Source: an uncultured Spirochaetota bacterium (GTDB lineage Bacteria > Spirochaetota > Brevinematia > Brevinematales > JAOACQ01). Taken from it: 64,000 bases of DNA. Made by a program: the position numbers and the translations under genes. Every line of letters starts with the position of its first letter. The stretch's first letter is position 1. This document shows positions 56,838 to 64,000 of the stretch, piece after piece. The notes beneath the pieces were generated by a model. That model was given only the letters and a program-made list of their open reading frames with translations. It ran no database searches and had not been told where the DNA came from. The stretch is from assembly GCA_963768055.1 (NCBI GenBank), contig CAVYGN010000001.1, forward strand, positions 800,001-864,000, in the 5' to 3' direction.

Positions 56838-58496
56838 CCGATATTTCCCAAATGACACCCCAAACTCTCCCATTTAATGGATTGATTTATTATGATTCCG
56901 TAAAATAACTTTGTCAACATTAAAATCCAGGTTTCTTTATATAAAATTCATTCGATAATAACATAAAATCAGATTTCAGGCGATGTTCTGCTAACCTTTA
57001 AACAAAAAGGCGACAGTAACCCCTTGAAAAATCCGATATCAAATAAATAGTATTAACCAACGCCAAACAGTAGCCTTAATCTATGTAATCTATCAAGGAT
57101 AACGGCAAACAGCCCTTTCGGGACGGCGACTTCCGCCATCTGGAAAACCACATAGCGAGCATGGCTGACAACCTTTGCACCGATTTTTATTAGCTTTTCC
57201 CTGAGTGTCGTCATGGTCCAGTGTTTCATTACTCTGGGTAAAGCTGAATGCCGGAAGAAGTTTCCAAGATTGTAGGCAAGGACAAATAACTGGAGCCGGA
57301 CATGATTATCGATAAAATCATGACAGGAGAGCCTTGTCCACTTTACAGCATTCTTACCCTCTTTAATGCATTGTTCCGCTGTTCCCCTCATATTGTAAAA
57401 ATGGACTACTTTCTTCTTTTTAGCCCTTAGATTTGTAACGATAAAACCGACCCTGGGAAAGAGTTCTCCCTGGTGCCATTCCACCTTTGCTATTATCCTG
57501 CGATCACGAGCCCAGGATGCCGCTTTATACAGGAATTCATGGTACCAGACAACAGGTGTATATGACGGCCGTCCTACCGGCCTTGTAAGGAGATGTCCGA
57601 TTTCACTGTATAAAATATCATTGGCTGGTAAGCGAATGGCATACTTGAAATGTTCTGATTCCAGGTACTCGTAAATCTCGGGTTTGGCAAAGCCGGCATC
57701 CCCTCTGAAGTAATGAGGAAATTTTCTATTACGGTAACGGGCAACAATTGGATCTAATACTTTTTTCCAGTTATCAGCGCTGTGTACATTACCTTCCCGA
57801 AGAAGGGCAAACTCGACATCGCCAAACTGGTTGAAGCAAAAAAGGGGGTGGTAACAAGTACATCCAAAGTGTCCATTATATGCAGTCCCATCCTGTCTTC
57901 CATATGTTTCACTCACAGAGCTGTCCATATCGAGAACAAGATTTCTCATGGGAACCTGATCCCTTAACCTGTCAATCCATTGCCCGGAAAGATTCATAAG
58001 GGCTTTGATGTTATCCGGAAGAGTTAGAACTTCAGTTTCAAACCTTCCCATCTGGCTCGTTGACGCAGCCGTATGAATAAGAGCTCTTCCCCCGACAACC
58101 TGCCTCATGGCAGGATCAACGGAAAGACGTTCCGCATCATTTGTGTCTTCATATCCCGCAAGCCTGCTGAATACGGATTGCCGCAATTGTGCTGCAATAC
58201 TATGCTGTTTGTTCTTTCCAAATCTGATATCTTTCAGGCACTTTGCCGCAATGTCTGTCAATCCCAATGCGTCATCAAGTTCACGATAAGCAAGTAGTCC
58301 GGCATCAGAAGTAATGGTTGAACCATGAAATTCAAGCCTTAGACTCTTATCAAAATCGACTCGTAATGCCTGATTTTGGCTTTCACCCATTGAATCCTCC
58401 AGTTATGAAGGTTTTTTAGTAATCTAATTCCTATCCTGATATATGATTATGCCATGTTTTCTCTAAGAAAACAAAATTTCATCTGGGAAATGTGGG
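56838..58496 (-). mobile_element. IS1380-family insertion sequence with a 5-bp target duplication
   Basis: IRs CCGATATTTCCCAAATGA and CCCACATTTCCCAGATGA (15/18); TTAAA at 56833-56837 and 58497-58501. Confidence 0.92.
57053..58390 (-). CDS. IS1380-family DDE transposase
   Basis: [44 protein letters not shown] and TLR.KLIKIGA motifs. Confidence 0.95.
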   Translation of the reverse strand: MGESQNQALRVDFDKSLRLEFHGSTITSDAGLLAYRELDDALGLTDIAAKCLKDIRFGKNKQHSIAAQLRQSVFSRLAGYEDTNDAERLSVDPAMRQVVGGRALIHTAASTSQMGRFETEVLTLPDNIKALMNLSGQWIDRLRDQVPMRNLVLDMDSSVSETYGRQDGTAYNGHFGCTCYHPLFCFNQFGDVEFALLREGNVHSADNWKKVLDPIVARYRNRKFPHYFRGDAGFAKPEIYEYLESEHFKYAIRLPANDILYSEIGHLLTRPVGRPSYTPVVWYHEFLYKAASWARDRRIIAKVEWHQGELFPRVGFIVTNLRAKKKKVVHFYNMRGTAEQCIKEGKNAVKWTRLSCHDFIDNHVRLQLFVLAYNLGNFFRHSALPRVMKHWTMTTLREKLIKIGAKVVSHARYVVFQMAEVAVPKGLFAVILDRLHRLRLLFGVG

Positions 58497-58544
58497 TTAA
58501 AATATTATTTTTCACTTATTGTTAAATGTTGAAAGGAGGTTTCT

Positions 58545-60125
58545 ATGATTAAAAATCATGGCTTGATGATGAAGTTATTAACGGTTATTCTTCTTTGTGT
58601 TCTGCTGTCTATAGCAAGCTTCGGAATAAGTTTTTATATTATTGCTAACGGCACGGTTTCATCCTTGGCTGATGAAGAATTGAATAATATTTTAAATTCT
58701 TTTTATAGCTCCGCGCGGATCGCATATCTCATAGGCAGTAACTTGAATCAGAGTTCGGAAATGGCATATCTTAAACAGGAATACGGCAGTATGCACATCG
58801 GAAAGACAGGATACCCGTATATCATCGATTCACAAGGAAATTTACTTCTGCATCCCTCCATGGAAGGGAAAAATATTTATGATTCGATCGATGCTAAAGG
58901 GCGGTATTTTATCCGGGAAATTTGCAGTAATAAAAATGGAAAGATCATTTATCCCTGGAAAAACCCGGAGGACCCGGCCGCCAGGGACAAAATAGTAGTT
59001 TATAAATACCTTGCGGAACGGGATTGGATCATTGCGGTCGGAGTTTATATCAATGAATTATATTCCCCTATCCAAACTTTCCTGATCGATATGCTCGTCA
59101 TCGGGATTATTCTTCTTGGATTAGCTGTTATTCTGGCAATATTTGTTTCCAACTCTATCAGTAAACCGATCAGCCATATTGCCGATGATCTTTATAATTC
59201 CTCCAACAGCCTGGAATCCGCGGCGGGGCAGGTTTCATCTTCGAGCCAGGAGCTTTCCAGCGGAGCCTCTGAATTGGCTTCCTCAGTGGAAGAAATGTCT
59301 TCATCGCTGGAGGAACTTCAATCAATTATCGAATCCACGACCAGGAATGTGAATGAGGCAGAACTTATGACGCGCGAGGCTATGGAGGAATCCAAGGAAA
59401 GTTCATTACATATGGATGAAATGCAGAAAGCTATGACTGAAATCAGCGATAACAGCAGGAAGATCTCAAAGATCATTAAGGTCATTGACGATATCGCTTT
59501 TCAGACCAATATCCTGGCGCTGAACGCGGCGGTTGAGGCGGCCAGGGCAGGCGACGCGGGTAGAGGGTTTGCGGTCGTGGCGGATCAGGTCAAGAGCCTT
59601 GCGCAAAAAAGCGCTGACGCGGCAAAGGAAACCGCGGATTTGATGGAAATAGCAATTGCCAGCGTTAACGGCGGAAATACTATTGTGGATAAGGTAAAAA
59701 AAGCCGCTGAAAAAGCCGGCGGTGTGCTTGGGAAAGTAGGGACAATGATGGATGAAGTTACACGCGCTTCGAAAGAACAGTTAAATGGCGCCAACCAGGT
59801 TAATAAAACTGTGACCCAGATCAATACTGTCGTCGAGAATACGGCCGCATCATCGGAAGAGACCGCGTCAGCCGGTGAGGAATTATTGGCCCAGGCTGAA
59901 ATGATAAAATCAGTAGTCGGTAACCTGAATAATCTTATAAAGGGGAATAGATCTTCCTCCTATGAAAAGAGTTCTCAGACGGCCGGTGAAAGAACAATAT
60001 TACACGATGACCCTGCCAAAACCGGGAATGAAATACATTCCATGAAGTTCTTAAAAAAAGATGAGCAGATAGAGCTGATCAAGCCTGAAGATAAAATTCC
60101 AATGGAGGATTTTAAGGATTTTTGA
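58545..60125 (+). CDS. Methyl-accepting chemotaxis protein with a Cache sensor domain
   Basis: TM-Cache ([22 protein letters not shown])-TM architecture; [30 protein letters not shown]-terminal FKDF tail. Confidence 0.95.
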   Translation: MIKNHGLMMKLLTVILLCVLLSIASFGISFYIIANGTVSSLADEELNNILNSFYSSARIAYLIGSNLNQSSEMAYLKQEYGSMHIGKTGYPYIIDSQGNLLLHPSMEGKNIYDSIDAKGRYFIREICSNKNGKIIYPWKNPEDPAARDKIVVYKYLAERDWIIAVGVYINELYSPIQTFLIDMLVIGIILLGLAVILAIFVSNSISKPISHIADDLYNSSNSLESAAGQVSSSSQELSSGASELASSVEEMSSSLEELQSIIESTTRNVNEAELMTREAMEESKESSLHMDEMQKAMTEISDNSRKISKIIKVIDDIAFQTNILALNAAVEAARAGDAGRGFAVVADQVKSLAQKSADAAKETADLMEIAIASVNGGNTIVDKVKKAAEKAGGVLGKVGTMMDEVTRASKEQLNGANQVNKTVTQINTVVENTAASSEETASAGEELLAQAEMIKSVVGNLNNLIKGNRSSSYEKSSQTAGERTILHDDPAKTGNEIHSMKFLKKDEQIELIKPEDKIPMEDFKDF

Positions 60126-60186
60126 GAAATAGGAATCATGATTATGACAGGTATGGAAAAGATATGTTATAGCGGTTGTTTTATAT

Positions 60187-61365
60187 ATGAGCTATAAGAA
60201 GAACATCCTTTTAGTAGATGATTCTCCGGTTATAAGGTCGATGATCGAAAAAGTTTTAAGGGAAGAAGGTTATCAAAATATCGATATGGCTGTAGACGGC
60301 TTAGACGCTAAAAAAAAGCTGTTTCAAAAAAAATACGATATGGTTCTTTCCGATTACGATATGCCGAATATGAACGGGGGAGAACTTCTGGATTTTATCA
60401 AAACAAGCTACCCGGACATTTTGGTGATTATGCTAAGCGGTCAGGACCAAAGACAGACCGTTGTGAAATTGATGCGGATGGCTGATAATTATATAGTTAA
60501 GGATAATATCGAGACTATTAAAGCTGATATTCTTCTGACGATACATCAGGCTTTTGAGAGGCAAAGGCTGCTTAAAGAAAATAAAGAGCTTTTTGAGAAA
60601 TTGGCAGAGAAAGATAAAAAAATCCAGAAAGAATTAAACCATGCTTTATACCTGCTGAGAAGCATCTACGAAGTCGGTGTCGAGAAATCCCCGGTCTTTA
60701 ATATCGAAGTATTTCATCGCCTTTCGAATACGATCGGCGGCGATTATTACCTGGTAAGAAGATTGAATAACAAAATCGCGGTTTTGCTTGCGGATATCAG
60801 CGGACATGGCATCCCTGCTGCAATGCTGGTTTTTACGCTAAGGAATGTAGTCGAGAATATAATTTCGGAATTTTCCAAGACAAGCAAAGTCATCGATCTT
60901 CTGGATTCGAAACTTAAACAGGTCTTTCCTGAAAGCATGTTCGCGACAGTATCCTATCTGGTATTGGATGAAGAAACGAAAGAGATTTTCTACACGAACG
61001 AATTGCAAAATCCTATTCTTTTCCAGACCAGCCAGGGCGAAATAAAAGAGGTTACAAACAGCAAAGTAATACTCCTGGGATGTTATGACAGGGCGGATTT
61101 TCTTGACAAGCTGGATTTCAACTTTTCAGAGGATATTCTGAAATTAGGAAAAAGAGAACGGCTGTTTATTTTTACCGACGGTATAACCGAAGCAAAAAAT
61201 ACAGTCCATGCAGATTTCGGAATCGAAAGGCTGGTCGAATCTATAAAAGCAAATGCCAATTACAGTCTTGCCGACTGCCTGACGAATGTATTTAACGATG
61301 TGAAGCAATTTAATTCAGGAGATATTACCGACGATATTACGATTATCGGAATTGAAATGAAATAA
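60187..61365 (+). CDS. Response regulator fused to a PP2C/SpoIIE-type phosphatase
   Basis: REC domain (LVDDS, SDYDMP), coiled coil, GGDYY, ADISGHG..AA, FTDGITEA and DDIT motifs. Confidence 0.93.
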   Translation: MSYKKNILLVDDSPVIRSMIEKVLREEGYQNIDMAVDGLDAKKKLFQKKYDMVLSDYDMPNMNGGELLDFIKTSYPDILVIMLSGQDQRQTVVKLMRMADNYIVKDNIETIKADILLTIHQAFERQRLLKENKELFEKLAEKDKKIQKELNHALYLLRSIYEVGVEKSPVFNIEVFHRLSNTIGGDYYLVRRLNNKIAVLLADISGHGIPAAMLVFTLRNVVENIISEFSKTSKVIDLLDSKLKQVFPESMFATVSYLVLDEETKEIFYTNELQNPILFQTSQGEIKEVTNSKVILLGCYDRADFLDKLDFNFSEDILKLGKRERLFIFTDGITEAKNTVHADFGIERLVESIKANANYSLADCLTNVFNDVKQFNSGDITDDITIIGIEMK

Positions 61366-61393
61366 TCCCGAGGGGATTGATGCGGAGGCATAA

Positions 61394-62140
61394 TTATTCT
61401 ATAATGCTGAATTTCCTGCGGACTACATCATTGGGAAAGGCGTTAAAATGCCACCATTCGTTGACGATGGGCTCAAAATCGGCCTGTTCCATGATTTTCC
61501 GGAGCAGGAGACGGTTGGAGATTTCATTATCGCTTAGAGGTCCTGAAAGCTTTATATCGTTTTCAATCATTTCCTTTACATTTTTATCGAGTCTCGCGTT
61601 TTTTACCGTTTCCGGATAGAGAAAATAATCTTCATACCTCGGCTGAGCCTTGACCCCGAAATAGTCGAATGGAGTCCCCATATCCAGCGGATTGCCTTTA
61701 TTATCGGTAATTGTCAGGTCGACGGCGGCTCCGTAATTATGGATCGATCCGTATTTTGGATTTCCGACATAAAACATTTTCGGCGTGCCCTTTACTATTT
61801 TCCACATCTGGTACTGGACCCTGCGGGGCCGCAGGCCGTCATAGATAAATAAACTGTAGCCGGGGCGCTTTTCCCTTAAGATTCTCTGCGCATTCGTCAG
61901 CTTGTCGGCCGCTTCCCTCCTCAGGTAGCAAATCCGAAGATTTCTGTAAACGTTTTTACCGAGGAAATTATTTGTCGTGGCGTACATCAATTTTACGCCT
62001 ATCGACGGGTCAAGGGCTTGAACATCGACAAGGTTTTCCCGTTTTATCACATCATCGCTTATCAAAACTTTGTCAAAGGAAAATAGAGCCGCCGCGAAGA
62101 CAGTAAGAAATAAAAATATCCGAACCTTTCTTATAAACAT
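61394..62140 (-). CDS. M15D D-alanyl-D-alanine dipeptidase (DdpX/VanX-like), exported
   Basis: YAT.NNF.G, YDG.RP, SIHNYGAAVDLT, DMGT.FD and EWWHF motifs; signal peptide. Confidence 0.9.
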   Translation of the reverse strand: MFIRKVRIFLFLTVFAAALFSFDKVLISDDVIKRENLVDVQALDPSIGVKLMYATTNNFLGKNVYRNLRICYLRREAADKLTNAQRILREKRPGYSLFIYDGLRPRRVQYQMWKIVKGTPKMFYVGNPKYGSIHNYGAAVDLTITDNKGNPLDMGTPFDYFGVKAQPRYEDYFLYPETVKNARLDKNVKEMIENDIKLSGPLSDNEISNRLLLRKIMEQADFEPIVNEWWHFNAFPNDVVRRKFSIIE

Positions 62141-62183
62141 ATTATCCTAATAAATCCAGGTAATCAGAAATTTCAGTCCCTTG

Positions 62184-63566
62184 TTACTGGACTTGAAATT
62201 CTGCATTGTTAAAATTCAGGTTATGCACATTTCCGGTATTTGTTATATAATATACGTCACTCGTTCCTTGAAGGGGGCTTATTGTCAGGAATTCCGTAAA
62301 AATCCTTTTCGACGAGTTTTTGTAAACATATTCTCCGTTATCACCGCCTCCGCAATCTCCACCCCCGCCCCCGCCCGTATCTACCCATTGGCCCAGCTGG
62401 GTTACGATATAACCGAAAATCCTGAGGCTGACGCCGGTGTCGTGCGATGTTTTCAGAACCTCGTAATTTCCAAGAATAAAATATTTATTTGCTTTTCCAT
62501 CATCGGAAACTATGCTGCCTTCAGCATAAATGCTTCCATCGGAGCGGATCCTAATCTGGAGGTCGATGGAGGAATCTTCATTTTGGCTTATTGATTTTAT
62601 GTTATTATCGAGAATATTGACGACATCCGCGGTAGAAAAAGCGCCCCGGTTATACTTAATGTTGTCTTTTAAGTAATCGATCGGGTCGATCAGGAAATAT
62701 TGATTGCCGTTATAAAAGCGAAGTTCGCTTATTACCAGGTCCTTGTATGATTTTCCGGCAAAACCATCCAATATCGTCATTTTAAGGTAATCCCCTTTGA
62801 ATGTATTTGACAATTGGAACTCCTGGGGCCCCATTACATCCCTGAAATTGAGAGTCTGGGTGAAACCCCTGCCGTCTTCCAGCATCAAAGTCTTGATCCT
62901 GCTGTTTGCCTCGTAATGGACCTTCGAGCGCTGATAACCGTTCCAGAATTTAACGGCTGTGATCGTTTGAGGCTCAGAGAACTTGAATTCGATCACGTCC
63001 CCGCTTTTTTTATGGTTCGACGACCAGCCGTATTCCGCACGGGAGTCGAAAATACCCCAGATGCTGTAAGAACGTACCGGGTCAAGCGTAGAAGTCGCAG
63101 TGACGCTCCCTTTAACGGATTTTGCCGCTGAAATTGCAATTTCTTTATTGTTTTTATCGAAGAACTTGATTTTCTTTATCGATATTTCATCGTTATGGCC
63201 GAAGTTGACGGTTACGGATTGCACGTTACCGTTAAAAGCAACCTCCGTGGCGATTTTGTTGCTGACCGGGATGATATAATAAACTGCGTCCTGGACATTG
63301 ATAAACACCGTTACTCCCCATGTCATAACTCTGCCTGTTTCAATTTCAACTCCTCCCAGTTTAACAGGCTTGTCGAAGAGAAAGTCGACTTTGACATATC
63401 CGGCATAAGGATCGGCATCCCAGGTCTTGCCTTCGAAAATATCGTAGGGAAGGCTGTCTTTAACCGATGTTGTGGAAATTATGGATATACTGGCCGTTGT
63501 TTCTGAGAAACAACAGATAGAGGTTAAAAATAAAATGGACAAAATAACCGCAGATGTTTTTTTCAT
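62184..63566 (-). CDS. Secreted protein with discoidin/galactose-binding-like domain(s)
   Basis: Signal peptide; ATSTL..Y...FD....GW, I...F, WNGYQRS..HY.AN.R.K and DL.ISEL.F patterns. Confidence 0.6.
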   Translation of the reverse strand: MKKTSAVILSILFLTSICCFSETTASISIISTTSVKDSLPYDIFEGKTWDADPYAGYVKVDFLFDKPVKLGGVEIETGRVMTWGVTVFINVQDAVYYIIPVSNKIATEVAFNGNVQSVTVNFGHNDEISIKKIKFFDKNNKEIAISAAKSVKGSVTATSTLDPVRSYSIWGIFDSRAEYGWSSNHKKSGDVIEFKFSEPQTITAVKFWNGYQRSKVHYEANSRIKTLMLEDGRGFTQTLNFRDVMGPQEFQLSNTFKGDYLKMTILDGFAGKSYKDLVISELRFYNGNQYFLIDPIDYLKDNIKYNRGAFSTADVVNILDNNIKSISQNEDSSIDLQIRIRSDGSIYAEGSIVSDDGKANKYFILGNYEVLKTSHDTGVSLRIFGYIVTQLGQWVDTGGGGGGDCGGGDNGEYVYKNSSKRIFTEFLTISPLQGTSDVYYITNTGNVHNLNFNNAEFQVQ

Positions 63567-63587
63567 GATTAACTCTCCTCAATTTAT

Positions 63588-64000
63588 TTATTTTTTCATA
63601 AAAGTTTCGATAAATTCCGGCAGTGTCTTTCCGAAATCGGGCCGGCTGCCGGCCGGAACTAAAACAGGCAGGTTAGCTTTATAATCGGGGTTGAAAGCGA
63701 TTTTGACCGCAGGATGGTCGGCCCCGTCCGGATCGATTTTAGCCAGAAAAAGCGCCGTAAGCTCGTTTCTGCTGCGTTTTGTGGAAAATACTATCCACCG
63801 GGCGTCAGACGACCAGGCATGCCAGGAATTCATAGTTCCCGGTATGTTAAGAGAGAGCTTTTTAATATTCCCGGTTTCCAGCGCATAAAGCCAGATGCTG
63901 CTTGATTTCCGGGCAAAATACCCTTTAGAAGCGTCACCGGAAACAAAGGATATGAATCTCCCGTCAGGAGAAAATTTAGGAAAATAGCAGTAATCCGAAG
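63588..64000 (-). CDS. TolB-like/PD40 beta-propeller protein, C-terminal part (5' end outside the window)
   Basis: The frame is open to the window edge: YFPKFSPDGRFISF...NSWHAWSSDARWIVFSTKR (PD40 repeats). Confidence 0.8.
   Translation of the reverse strand, partial: SDYCYFPKFSPDGRFISFVSGDASKGYFARKSSSIWLYALETGNIKKLSLNIPGTMNSWHAWSSDARWIVFSTKRSRNELTALFLAKIDPDGADHPAVKIAFNPDYKANLPVLVPAGSRPDFGKTLPEFIETFMKK

Noticed and set aside
61394..62140. Vancomycin resistance gene vanX
   Set aside because: No vanH/vanA/vanRS neighbours; it has a signal peptide and looks like a housekeeping M15D dipeptidase.

Overview
This is a bacterial chromosomal window, probably from an anaerobe. The lineage is unproven; a spirochaete-like origin is only an impression. 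From left to right it contains: (1) a PQQ/sorbosone-type dehydrogenase broken by an in-frame TAA, and a Gfo/Idh/MocA oxidoreductase; (2) a K+-independent membrane pyrophosphatase transcribed divergently from a 12-gene group-4 [NiFe]-hydrogenase operon with a full complex-I-like 11-subunit skeleton plus HycI, whose NuoH-like gene is frameshifted; (3) a carbon-phosphorus lyase locus, phnDCEE divergent from phnGHIJKLM, separated by mirror-image Pho-box-like promoters. It has no phnF/N/O/P and instead carries a TIM-barrel enzyme, a 2H phosphoesterase and a hexapeptide transferase; (4) an Hsp15-like gene, a 165-bp MITE-like element, a nitroreductase, rodA, CsgG/DUF799 lipoproteins, an IS3-family element and a DinB gene; (5) a Zn-uptake regulon split around ppk1-ppx, with a shared 17-bp operator; (6) gnd-zwf-pgl; (7) a chemosensory cluster (cheB, cheD, cheR, a degenerate MCP with a CheZ-like motif, a cheA with an MshEN-like insert, cheY, cheW, an MCP and a REC-PP2C protein) interrupted by an IS1380 element; (8) a D-Ala-D-Ala dipeptidase, a secreted discoidin-like protein and a partial TolB-like gene. 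I saw no rRNA, tRNA or CRISPR array. The best candidates for new biology are the non-canonical downstream branch of the C-P lyase pathway, the complex-I-like hydrogenase/PPase pair, and the c-di-GMP-linked chemosensory system. All family calls come from motif recognition, not database searches.
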